DNA of 64,000 bases from an uncultured Ignavibacteriales bacterium (GTDB taxonomy: Bacteria; Zixibacteria; MSB-5A5; GN15; FEB-12). Position numbers and translations under genes: made by a program. Below the pieces are notes generated by a model. The model worked only from the letters and a program-made list of their open reading frames with translations. It was not told where the DNA came from and did not search any database. Location: NCBI GenBank assembly GCA_964627305.1, contig CAZVHP010000007.1, forward strand, positions 36,939 to 100,938. The letters run 5' to 3'. This document shows positions 38,907 to 47,842 of the stretch, one piece after another; position 1 is the first letter of the stretch; each line of letters opens with the position of its first letter.

Positions 38907-38932
38907 GTGCGTGATGGGGGTTGGGAGGGCGG

Positions 38933-40357
38933 CTACTTGGTGGCGTTGAGATTGTAGTCTTTGATCTTGTAGAGGAGTGATCGGTAGCTTATCTCGAGCA
39001 TGTCGGCAGCTTTGCGTCGGTTCCAGTTGGTTTTTCCGAGTACCTCGGCTATGAGGCGTTTTTCTTCGCGGGCGACGATGCGGCCGATGCGGTCTTTGAG
39101 GGAGTAGTTGTCGGCCGGCAGGGGGTCTTCGACATCGTCGGGGCTGCCGGAGGGACCGCGTTGCTGTGGGACGCCGGGCAGGGGGCGCGTTCCGGCGGCG
39201 GAGAGCAGTTCGGTGACGATGGTGTCATCGTTACGCACGACGACCTGTTTGATCATGTTCTCGAGCTGGCGAACATTGCCGGGCCAGGCGAAGTCGGCGA
39301 GGCGCTCGATGGTGTCAGCGGATATCTGGCCGAACTGTTTTTCGTAGAGCTTATTGTACTTGTCTATGAAGAAGTTGATCAGCAGGGGGATATCTTCAGG
39401 CCGTTGCCGCAGGGGTGGCAGGCCGAGGGTGATCTCGTTGAGGCGATAGAACAGGTCATCGCGGAATCCCTGTTGGGCGATGGCGTCCTCGAGATTGCGA
39501 TTGGTGGCGCAGATGATTCTGGTGTCGACGTTGATGGTGTGGATTCCGCCGACGCGAACGAATTCCTGCTGTTCGAGCACCTGGAGCAGTTTTGATTGCA
39601 GTTCGAGGGGCATGTCGCCAATTTCATCGAGGAACATAGTACCCTTGTGGGCGAGTTCGAATCGGCCCTGCTTGGTTTTGTGGGCGCCGGTGAAGGCGCC
39701 TTTTTCGTAGCCGAACAGTTCGGCCTCGAGCAGGTCGCGCGGGATGGCGGCGCAGTTGACCTTGATGAAGGGGTTTTTCTTGCGGCTGGAGAGCTGGTGC
39801 AGTGAGCGGGCGACGATCTCTTTGCCGGTGCCGGACTCGCCTCTGATCAGGACAGTGAGTTCGGAGTCGGCGACCTGTTCGATGAGTTCCTTGACCTTGC
39901 GCATGGCGTCGGAGTCGCCGATGAAGTCAGCGTAGACGCTTCGGCTTTCGAGTTCGCCCTTGAGTTCGTGGACTTCGCGTTTGAGTCGGCTTCGTTCGAG
40001 GACGCCGTTGATGTGGATTTCGATCTCCTGCACATCGAAGGGCTTGTTGACGAATTCGGCGGCTCCGAGTTTGATGGATTCGACGACGTAGTTGGTGTCG
40101 CCGTGGCCGGAGACCATGATGACGTCGGGGCGTTCGCCGGCCTTGTTGAGTTTTTCGAGGACTTCGAGGCCATTCATGCCGGGCATTTTGATGTCGAGCA
40201 GGATGAGGTCGGGTTTCTCGGTGGAGACCATCTGCAGTCCGGTCATGCCATCGCGGGCGGTGACGAACTCGAACTTGTTGGATAGTCCTTCGCTGAGAAT
40301 CCAGGCGACTTTGGGGTCGTCATCGATAACGAGTATTTTGGTCTTCGTTTTGGGCAT
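38933..40357 (-). CDS. sigma54-dependent response regulator (NtrC/AtoC family)
   Basis: REC domain (VIDDD, LLDIKMP), GESGTGKE, ELFGYEKGAFTGA, FLDEIG, WPGNVRQL and a Fis-type HTH. Confidence 0.95.
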   Translation of the reverse strand: MPKTKTKILVIDDDPKVAWILSEGLSNKFEFVTARDGMTGLQMVSTEKPDLILLDIKMPGMNGLEVLEKLNKAGERPDVIMVSGHGDTNYVVESIKLGAAEFVNKPFDVQEIEIHINGVLERSRLKREVHELKGELESRSVYADFIGDSDAMRKVKELIEQVADSELTVLIRGESGTGKEIVARSLHQLSSRKKNPFIKVNCAAIPRDLLEAELFGYEKGAFTGAHKTKQGRFELAHKGTMFLDEIGDMPLELQSKLLQVLEQQEFVRVGGIHTINVDTRIICATNRNLEDAIAQQGFRDDLFYRLNEITLGLPPLRQRPEDIPLLINFFIDKYNKLYEKQFGQISADTIERLADFAWPGNVRQLENMIKQVVVRNDDTIVTELLSAAGTRPLPGVPQQRGPSGSPDDVEDPLPADNYSLKDRIGRIVAREEKRLIAEVLGKTNWNRRKAADMLEISYRSLLYKIKDYNLNATK

Positions 40358-40511
40358 GATCTGGTTCCTGTTGACGTAATTATCGGCAGTTGGGCGACAA
40401 AATCAAGCGGGAACTTGGCCCTTTTTGCTTAATTACGGCAAGTTTCTGCATACGTGATATTGATTTCGCACGTGTGCAGAGGCGGGTGCCGGTGAGTGAC
40501 TGTGAGGTTGG

Positions 40512-42656
40512 TTACCGGGGCAGAGGGAAATAGAGGGTGAAGCAGGTTCCGTGTCCCGGCTCGGATTCGACGGAGATGGTGCCGGAGTGGGCCGAGACAA
40601 TGCGTTCGACGACCGACAGGCCGAGGCCGGTGCCGGTGTCTTTGGTAGTGTAGTAGCGTTCGAAGATGCGGCTGAGGTTGTCTTTGCTGATGCCTTTGCC
40701 GGTATCGCTTATCCTGAGGGCGAGGTACTTCTCTTTTTTGTGTGCCGGTTGTTCGATCAGGCCCTTGACGGTCAGTGAGCCGTTGTCGTCGGTAGCATCG
40801 GCGGCATTGAGAAACAGGTTCAGGAAGGCCTCGAGGATCTGGTTTTTGTTCACGATGCACTCCCAGTCGAGGTCGTCGTACTCGGCTGAGAAGTTGATGT
40901 TTTTGCGACGCAGGTCGGGTCCGACGAGATCGGCGGCGCGTTCGACGAGGTGGCGCAGGTCGACTTTTTCGGTCTGGTACTTATTGGGGTTGGAGAAGTC
41001 GACGAGTTCGCGAACGAGTTCGTTCATGCGATGGACTTCCTCGTTGGCCAGTTTGAAGGCCTCGAGGTGTTCGATTTCGGCCATTTTTTGGCGCATGATC
41101 TGAAGGCCTCCTTTGATGGAGGTCAGGGGTTTGCGCAGGTCGTGTGATATCTCGGAGATCATGTTACCCATAGTGAGAAGGCGGGTAGCGTTGAGCAGCG
41201 AGCGCTCGCGCTCGAACAGGACGGCGGCCTGGGAGACGACCAGTCGGGCCAGGGAGCGATCGTCATCGGAGTAGGCGTTGATGCTGCTTGCGGACAGATA
41301 GAGGACGTAGGCAAGCTCGCCCTGGCGGATGACGGGTATGGCCATGCGGGCGGTACCGGGATCGGGTAGGTTGGGGTTGGCATGGATCTGTTCGGCGAGG
41401 TATTCTGACACGGCGGGGATATCGTGCAGATCGAAGTGTTCGAATTCGAGGTCGGGCAGGCTGATGGCCTCGCGGCTGACTTTGTTGAGATCGATGCCGC
41501 CGCTGTCGGTGAGCGGGAGATTGGCGTCGCCGGAGACGCCGGCGGCGGTCAGTCGACACTGGGCGGGATTCCAGTCGAGCCAGAGGGAGTAGTCGATGGG
41601 AAAGACGAGGGCGAGTTTTTCGATCAGCAGTTTTCGGAAGTCGTTGATTGAGCGCATGTTGGTCAGTTCGCGGGTGACCTCATGGAGGATTTCGAATTCG
41701 ATGAGGCGTCGTCGGTTGCGTTCGAACTGGTGAGCATCATCGACGGCGACAGCGGCCTGTGAAGCGAAGGTGGTGAGCAGTCGGAGGTCGGCCTTGTTGA
41801 AGCTTCCGCCGCCGACCTTTCGGGCCATGTTGATGACGCCGATGACTTTGTTTTTGATTTTCATGGGGGCGCACAGCAGAGAACTGGAGCGGTACTTTTC
41901 TTTGTTGCGCCGCTGGAACTGGGGGTGGGTTTCGACATCCTCGATGATGAGGGGTTCGCCGGTTTTGGCGACATAGCCGGAAATGGAGTCGCCGACCACG
42001 AGGCGGGTGGCACGAACGATGGATGTGTCCAGACCGATGGCGGCGGCAATGGTGAGGGTTTCGCCTTTTTCGTCGAGCAGCATGATAGAGCCGATTTCGG
42101 CATCGGAGACGGTTGAGGCGAGGGTGACAATCTGGCGGAGCAGTTCCGGGAGGTTGGCCGCGGATCCGATGGATTTGCCGGCCTCGTAGAGGGCGTTGAG
42201 TTCGCTTATGCGCCGTTGCTGGAGCATATTGGCGAGTTTGAGTTCCTCCAGAAGCTGGAGGCGTTCCAGGTCGGAGCGGCGTTTTTCGAGGGCGCGTTTG
42301 ACGGTGAGTTCAAGATGGGTGAACTCGACCGGCTTGAGCAGGTAGTCGTAGGCGCCCTGACCGATAGCCTGCACGGCGGAGTCCAGCGAGGCGTTGCCGG
42401 TCATCAGGACAACGGGGATGTCGTCATCGACGGCCTTGACGGCCTTGAGGACCTGGAGGCCGTCCATATCGGGCATGACGATGTCGGTGATGACGAGGTC
42501 GATCCGTTGCTGGCGGATGGCCTCGACGGCCCTGGTAGAGACCTGGAAGGCCATGACGCGATAGCCGTCGCCGGAGAGCAGGGCGGTGAGTGAATCACAC
42601 ATGCGCTTTTCGTCATCGATGACGACTATGGTAGCTGGTGTGGTTTGCTTGGTCAT
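40512..42656 (-). CDS. Cytoplasmic hybrid sensor kinase (REC-GAF-GAF-HisKA-HATPase)
   Basis: N-terminal REC, GAF (SLLCAPMKIKNKVIGVIN), EISHDLRKPL, NLFLNAADA, DTGKGI, GTGLGL. Confidence 0.92.
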   Translation of the reverse strand: MTKQTTPATIVVIDDEKRMCDSLTALLSGDGYRVMAFQVSTRAVEAIRQQRIDLVITDIVMPDMDGLQVLKAVKAVDDDIPVVLMTGNASLDSAVQAIGQGAYDYLLKPVEFTHLELTVKRALEKRRSDLERLQLLEELKLANMLQQRRISELNALYEAGKSIGSAANLPELLRQIVTLASTVSDAEIGSIMLLDEKGETLTIAAAIGLDTSIVRATRLVVGDSISGYVAKTGEPLIIEDVETHPQFQRRNKEKYRSSSLLCAPMKIKNKVIGVINMARKVGGGSFNKADLRLLTTFASQAAVAVDDAHQFERNRRRLIEFEILHEVTRELTNMRSINDFRKLLIEKLALVFPIDYSLWLDWNPAQCRLTAAGVSGDANLPLTDSGGIDLNKVSREAISLPDLEFEHFDLHDIPAVSEYLAEQIHANPNLPDPGTARMAIPVIRQGELAYVLYLSASSINAYSDDDRSLARLVVSQAAVLFERERSLLNATRLLTMGNMISEISHDLRKPLTSIKGGLQIMRQKMAEIEHLEAFKLANEEVHRMNELVRELVDFSNPNKYQTEKVDLRHLVERAADLVGPDLRRKNINFSAEYDDLDWECIVNKNQILEAFLNLFLNAADATDDNGSLTVKGLIEQPAHKKEKYLALRISDTGKGISKDNLSRIFERYYTTKDTGTGLGLSVVERIVSAHSGTISVESEPGHGTCFTLYFPLPR

Positions 42657-42730
42657 GGCTTGGTTTCCAGTGTATCCTGTGTGTGTTTCACGCTATATGA
42701 ACGAGACAACCTGCGTTGAATCGTGGGGGT

Positions 42731-44128
42731 CTATGGCTGCTGTTCGACCTGCGGCAGGCGGATCTCGAACAGCCCCCCGTTGTTTGTGTTTCTGTAGGTT
42801 ATCGACCCGCCGTGCCGTTTTATTATGCCATAGCAGACAGAGAGTCCCAGTCCGGTGCCCTTGCCGGGTTCTTTGGTGGTGAAGAACGGTTCGAAGATGT
42901 GCGGGATGTGTGAGGGGTCGATGCCGGGCCCGGTATCGGCGAAGGACAGGACGACGTGACCGTCGTCTGAGTGGCAGGCGACGCTCAGGGTGCCACCATC
43001 GGGCTGCATGGCGTCGACGCCGTTGATAATGAGATTGAGGAAGACCTGTTTGAGGTTTTCCGGGGAAGCTTTGACAAGGGGGCAGTCGTTCGGGTAGTCA
43101 CGGTTAAGCTCGATGCCGGCGTTTTCCAGCTTGCGGTCCATCAGTCGCAGGACATCATCGAGGACCTGAGTGACGGGCAAGGGGATCAGTTTTGGTGGCT
43201 GGGGACGGTGGAAGTCGAGCAGTTCGCGTACGATGGCGGCGATGCGGTCGATTTCCTCACCGGCGATTTTGAGGTAGTTGCCGGTATCCTTGTTGCCGGA
43301 GACGGTTCGAAGGGCGAGCAGGAGGTAGTTTTTGACGATCCCGAGGGGATTGTTGACCTCGTGGGCGACCTTGGCGGACATTTCTCCGAGGGCGGCGAGT
43401 CGTTCGGCCTGGACCAGTTGTTCCTGGGCGCTGCGAAGCTGCTGGGCGGCGGCTGTTTCGGATTCATAGAGGCGGGCGTTTTCGATGGCGACGGAGATCT
43501 GGTTGCCAAGGATGGAGAGGAACTCGACATCATCGACGGCGAACTCGCGGCCGGCCATTTTGTCGGTGATGCAGAAGACGCCACGCAGACCGGACTGGTA
43601 GATCAGCGGCACAATAAGTCCGGGATGGAAGATGCGGACGATGCGGGTTTCATCTTCGTCGGCGATGTCCTTTGACAGATCGCCGGTGCGGACGGGTCGG
43701 TTGAGCCCGGCGAGATGTTTGCCGAGATCGGAATCTATTTTGAAGCAGCAGTCCTTGTCGGGGAATGGTCCGGCGCCGCGCTGTTTGGCCAGATGGAGGA
43801 GGTTGGAAGTGCGGTCGCGGCGGAGAAAAATGGCGGCCTTGGAGGAGCCGACCTGGGCGAGCGAAGTGAGGATGAAGGTGTCGAGTAGTTGCTGGTAATT
43901 CAGGACGGAGTTGAAGTTGCGGCTGATTTCGAAGATCGTGTACAGGTCGAAGATTTTGCGTTTGAGCTGGCGGTTGGTTTCGGTAAGGATGGTGACCTTC
44001 TGATGCAGCTCATTGGTCAGCAGCTTGTGGGTATCGCCGCTTGTGGTCGTGGGTCGTTTCGAGGCACGGTTGGTATCGGGTGTCTGGGGCGGCCCTGAGT
44101 TTCCTGCTGTGTGTTTGCGTTTAGTCAT
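42731..44128 (-). CDS. GAF-domain sensor histidine kinase
   Basis: GAF ending NQISVAIENARLY; VAHEVNNPL; NLIINGVDAM; DTGPGI; FEPFFTTKEPGKGTGLGL. Confidence 0.92.
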   Translation of the reverse strand: MTKRKHTAGNSGPPQTPDTNRASKRPTTTSGDTHKLLTNELHQKVTILTETNRQLKRKIFDLYTIFEISRNFNSVLNYQQLLDTFILTSLAQVGSSKAAIFLRRDRTSNLLHLAKQRGAGPFPDKDCCFKIDSDLGKHLAGLNRPVRTGDLSKDIADEDETRIVRIFHPGLIVPLIYQSGLRGVFCITDKMAGREFAVDDVEFLSILGNQISVAIENARLYESETAAAQQLRSAQEQLVQAERLAALGEMSAKVAHEVNNPLGIVKNYLLLALRTVSGNKDTGNYLKIAGEEIDRIAAIVRELLDFHRPQPPKLIPLPVTQVLDDVLRLMDRKLENAGIELNRDYPNDCPLVKASPENLKQVFLNLIINGVDAMQPDGGTLSVACHSDDGHVVLSFADTGPGIDPSHIPHIFEPFFTTKEPGKGTGLGLSVCYGIIKRHGGSITYRNTNNGGLFEIRLPQVEQQP

Positions 44129-45402
44129 CGGATACCGTACGCCTGGAAGAATTCGCCTACCAGATAATGTGATCCCACTACAGCTATAATATCGTCATGG
44201 GAGCAGGCCTTGGCCAGTTTGTTATAGGCGGACCTGAGGCCGGCACATCGCCGGATTGGGACGGCGCGCCAGTTGATCTGCGAGATGAGCTGGTCGACAT
44301 CGGTGGAGCGGTGGGTCTTCAGGGGGACGAGGTGATACTCGCGGGTGATGTGACGGAGGGCGTCGAACATTTTCTGGTGTTCTTTGCGTTTGACAAAGCC
44401 GGTGATGACGTGGGCCTTGCGGCCGGGGTAGTGGTTTTGGAAGGCTTTGACAAAGGCGGCAATGCCTCCGGCGTTGTGGCCGACGTCGAACAGCAGGTCC
44501 GGCTGGTTTGGGCGCCGTATGATCTGGAAGCGGCCGGGCCAGCGGGTGTTGGCCAGGCCGTTGCGAATGGCTCGCATGGAGACGGGCCAACCGTTCTGAC
44601 GGAGGACGCTGAGAGCCTTGAGGGCGACGGCGCAGTTGCGGAGCTGGTGCTCGCCGTAGAGGCCGGGTTGGAACGGTGCGATTGAGAAGCCGTTGGAAGC
44701 GAAGCCGAGCTTCATCTCATGGACAAACGGTTGAAACTCCTTGCTGAGCAGGCGATGGTAGGGTGCGCCGCGTTCACGGCAGGCGCGCCGGATGACTTTT
44801 TCGGCCGATTCGGGCAAGAAGCCGGAGACATGGGGTACGCCGGTTTTGATGATGCCGGCTTTTTCGAAAGCGATTTTGGGCAGGGTGTTGCCGAGGATTT
44901 CCATGTGATCGCGGCTGATGTCGGTGGTGATGGTCACGAGCGGTGTAAGGACATTGGTGGCATCGAAACGCCCGCCGAGTCCGGTTTCGATGATGGCAAT
45001 ATCGGCTCCGACCCGGGCGAAGTGTTCGAAGGCCATGGCGGTGACGACCTCGAAGAAGGAGAGCTTGCGTCTGACCAGTTCAGGGCGGTGGCGGTCGACG
45101 AAGGAGACGAGGGAGCGCCCTGGGATGGGGCGGCCGTCGACCTGAACGCGTTCGCGGAAGGAGACCAGATGGGGTGAGGTGAACAGGCCGGTTTTGTGGC
45201 CCTGGGTGCGCATGACGTAAGCGAGCATGGCGGCAACGGAGCCTTTGCCGTTGGTTCCGGCGATATGGATGGTGGGGTAGCGTTGCTGGGGAGCGCCTAT
45301 GGAGTGCAGGAACTCGGTGATATTCTCCAGGCCGAGTTTGAGTCCGAAGAATTCACGAGACAGAAGGAAGCGCTCTGCGGAGGCATAGTCATGCCGCTGC
45401 AT
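44125..45402 (-). CDS. folC: Folylpolyglutamate synthase/dihydrofolate synthase
   Basis: IHIAGTNGKGS, TSPHL, ETGLGGRFDATN, EKAGIIK, WPGRFQ, GSHYLVGE. Confidence 0.96.
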   Translation of the reverse strand: MQRHDYASAERFLLSREFFGLKLGLENITEFLHSIGAPQQRYPTIHIAGTNGKGSVAAMLAYVMRTQGHKTGLFTSPHLVSFRERVQVDGRPIPGRSLVSFVDRHRPELVRRKLSFFEVVTAMAFEHFARVGADIAIIETGLGGRFDATNVLTPLVTITTDISRDHMEILGNTLPKIAFEKAGIIKTGVPHVSGFLPESAEKVIRRACRERGAPYHRLLSKEFQPFVHEMKLGFASNGFSIAPFQPGLYGEHQLRNCAVALKALSVLRQNGWPVSMRAIRNGLANTRWPGRFQIIRRPNQPDLLFDVGHNAGGIAAFVKAFQNHYPGRKAHVITGFVKRKEHQKMFDALRHITREYHLVPLKTHRSTDVDQLISQINWRAVPIRRCAGLRSAYNKLAKACSHDDIIAVVGSHYLVGEFFQAYGIR

Positions 45403-46245
45403 TTACTTTCTCCACATGAACTTCAGCAGTTTGGAGACGGTATCTCGCAGATCAGCCCGGTTGACGACACGATCAAGGAAGCCTTTGTCGAGGAAGAACT
45501 GGGAGGACTGGAAGCCCTCGGGGAGATCCTGACCGATGGTCTGTTTGATGACGCGCGGTCCGGCGAAGCCGAGCAAGGCTCCGGGTTCGGCGATGATGAC
45601 ATCGCCGAGGGAGGCGTAGGAAGCCATGACGCCGGCGGTAGTCGGGTTGATGAGGATGGAGATGTACGGCAGGCGCTTTTCGGCGAGTCTGGCCAGCAGG
45701 CCTGAGGTTTTTGCCATCTGCATAAGCGAGAGGATACCTTCCTGCATGCGGGCGCCGCCGGAGCAGGAGACGATGATCAGGGGGCATTCGGCCTGCATGG
45801 CGCGCTCGATAGTGCGGGCGATCTTCTCCCCCACCACACTGCCCATAGAGCCGCCGATGAAGGCGAAGTCCATGATGGCGAAGGAGACCTTGATGCCATC
45901 GATTTCGCCATAGCCGCAGATGACGCCATCCTTCTTGCCGGTTTTTTGCTGGGCGGCGCGGATACGGTCGGGGTAGCGCTTGGAGTCCTTGAACTTAAGG
46001 GGATCGCGGGAGGCGAGGTTCTGGTCGTATTCCTCGAGTCGGCCGCCATCGAGCAGGAGCTGGATATACTTCTGGCTGGAGATGCGGAAGTGGTAGCTGC
46101 AGTTGGGACAGACCCAGAGCAGTTGTTCCAATTTCCTGGAGTAGACGATTTCGCCGCAGGAGGGGCACTTGGTCCAGAGTCCCTCGGGGATGTTTTTCTT
46201 TTCAGTTGTGGCCAGGCCTCGTTTGGCCTTGCGAAACCATTCCAT
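45403..46245 (-). CDS. accD: Acetyl-CoA carboxylase carboxyltransferase beta subunit
   Basis: LWTKCPSC..CPNC zinc finger, FIGGSMGSVVGEKI, SGGARMQEG, FAGPRVIKQT. Confidence 0.97.
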   Translation of the reverse strand: MEWFRKAKRGLATTEKKNIPEGLWTKCPSCGEIVYSRKLEQLLWVCPNCSYHFRISSQKYIQLLLDGGRLEEYDQNLASRDPLKFKDSKRYPDRIRAAQQKTGKKDGVICGYGEIDGIKVSFAIMDFAFIGGSMGSVVGEKIARTIERAMQAECPLIIVSCSGGARMQEGILSLMQMAKTSGLLARLAEKRLPYISILINPTTAGVMASYASLGDVIIAEPGALLGFAGPRVIKQTIGQDLPEGFQSSQFFLDKGFLDRVVNRADLRDTVSKLLKFMWRK

Positions 46246-46247
46246 GT

Positions 46248-46733
46248 TCAGTCGCCAGTTTGTTTAATCGCCAAGTAACGCACCATCACGAGAGCATCTT
46301 CGGGCGGACGGCGATAGTAGTTTGGCCTTTGGTACAGGACCGAAAAACCGTGTTTCTCATAAAACACAATGGCGCCGCGATTGCTCGGGCGCACTTCCAG
46401 CAGAAGATATTCACACCCGGCCCGCGAGGCAACCATTAAGATACGGTCCAGCAGTATCCGGGCAACAGATTTCCGGCGGTATTCCGGGGCGACGGCGATG
46501 TTGGTGAGGTGGGCTTCGACATCGGCGATCATCCAGCACGCGTAACCGATTATGGTGTTGTTGGTTTCGGCGACGATGGTGCCCCAGTTGTCGTCGTCGA
46601 GTTGTTCCAGGAAGGCAGACTCCGGCCAGGGGTCGGCGAAAATGGCGTGTTCGAGCCGGAGAATGCGGGGTATATCGGAGCTGAGGGCAGGTCTGATACT
46701 GATGTCGAGCTCAGTTTTTGGTGTCTGTTCCAT
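46248..46733 (-). CDS. rimI: Ribosomal-protein-alanine N-acetyltransferase
   Basis: HLTNIAVAPEYRRK, LEVRPSN..AIVFYEKHGF, RPNYY..EDALVM. Follows tsaB. Confidence 0.9.
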   Translation of the reverse strand: MEQTPKTELDISIRPALSSDIPRILRLEHAIFADPWPESAFLEQLDDDNWGTIVAETNNTIIGYACWMIADVEAHLTNIAVAPEYRRKSVARILLDRILMVASRAGCEYLLLEVRPSNRGAIVFYEKHGFSVLYQRPNYYRRPPEDALVMVRYLAIKQTGD

Positions 46734-47406
46734 GTCTTTGGGCCCATCGCAGTTCGGCCTGTGATCGGCGTATGTAGAGAGGTTCGAGGGTGTTAAGGTC
46801 CGGAATGCGGTCCTCGTGGAAGTGTTGCAGGCCAAGAGCGAGCAACTGGGCGGCATCGTAGGTGAGTTGTGAGGACATATCGGGGATGCCGGCGGATTGG
46901 AGATCCTGGGTGATAGTGTCGCCGAATCCGGCGGCAGGGAGTGTTCCGATGAGGGTGGGCAGGTCGCGATTCATGACGGGGACAGCCTGAGACAGGTCGA
47001 ACCGGTTGTGATTAAGACGGAGTGCGAAGTACTCGTCTTTGCGGGCGGGTGTAAGCAGCCAGAGGTCGGGGCAATCGGGGCCGAGCAGGTACGCGGCCAG
47101 TTCGAAGAGGTGGACTCCGATGACGGGGATATGATTGACGGCAGCGATACCCTTGGCGGCGGCCAGACCGATGCGCAGACCGGTGAACGATCCGGGGCCG
47201 GTGCAGACAGTGATGGCCTGAATGTCGGCCGGGGTGAGCGACGCGGAACCGAGGAGTTCGTCGATCTTTTTGATGATGAACTGGCCGTGGGAGCGCTCGA
47301 TGCGTTCGCTGGATTTGACGAGGCGGTCACCGGCGAACTGGATACCGAGGATGAGGTTGGCGGTGGAGGTGTCGATGGCCAGCATGTTGGGGGTTGAGCT
47401 GCTCAT
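46711..47406 (-). CDS. tsaB: t6A biosynthesis protein TsaB
   Basis: LAIDTST, GPGSFTGLRIGLAAAKG, LEPLYIR. Start at MSSST overlaps the tsaE stop. Confidence 0.94.
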   Translation of the reverse strand: MSSSTPNMLAIDTSTANLILGIQFAGDRLVKSSERIERSHGQFIIKKIDELLGSASLTPADIQAITVCTGPGSFTGLRIGLAAAKGIAAVNHIPVIGVHLFELAAYLLGPDCPDLWLLTPARKDEYFALRLNHNRFDLSQAVPVMNRDLPTLIGTLPAAGFGDTITQDLQSAGIPDMSSQLTYDAAQLLALGLQHFHEDRIPDLNTLEPLYIRRSQAELRWAQRHGTDTKN

Positions 47407-47840
47407 TGGGGATTGATGACCTCTATTTCGATGTGGCGGTCGGTCTGGCCGGTGATGGTGAAGGTGATGCGGTAGTACTGGTTTTCGAGCAGGTGTTCGA
47501 GCCGTTCTCCCCATTCGACGGCGACGATGCCATTGCGGGAGAGGTACTCCTCCCAGCCGATCTCCTGCAGTTCGGTTGTGTCGGATAGTCGGTACAGGTC
47601 GAAGTGGTACAGGGGGGGCTCGGCGGGGTATTCGTTGACGAGTGTGAAAGAGGGCGAGGTGACCTTGTCCTCGGCGATGCCGAGGGCTTTGGCCAGTCCG
47701 CGGGTGAAGGCGGTCTTGCCGGAGCCGAGCTGGCCGACGAGGATGAGAACATCACCGGGCCGGAATGTGGCGGCGAGTTTGGCGGCGAGTCCTTCGGTTT
47801 CCAACTCGCCATGAGATGTGACCTGAAGTGCGAGGCCCAC
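47403..47840 (-). CDS. tsaE: t6A biosynthesis ATPase TsaE
   Basis: GQLGSGKT, VTSPSFTLVNEY, HFDLYRL, VEWGE. Confidence 0.96.
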   Translation of the reverse strand: MGLALQVTSHGELETEGLAAKLAATFRPGDVLILVGQLGSGKTAFTRGLAKALGIAEDKVTSPSFTLVNEYPAEPPLYHFDLYRLSDTTELQEIGWEEYLSRNGIVAVEWGERLEHLLENQYYRITFTITGQTDRHIEIEVINPQ

Positions 47841-47842
47841 AG

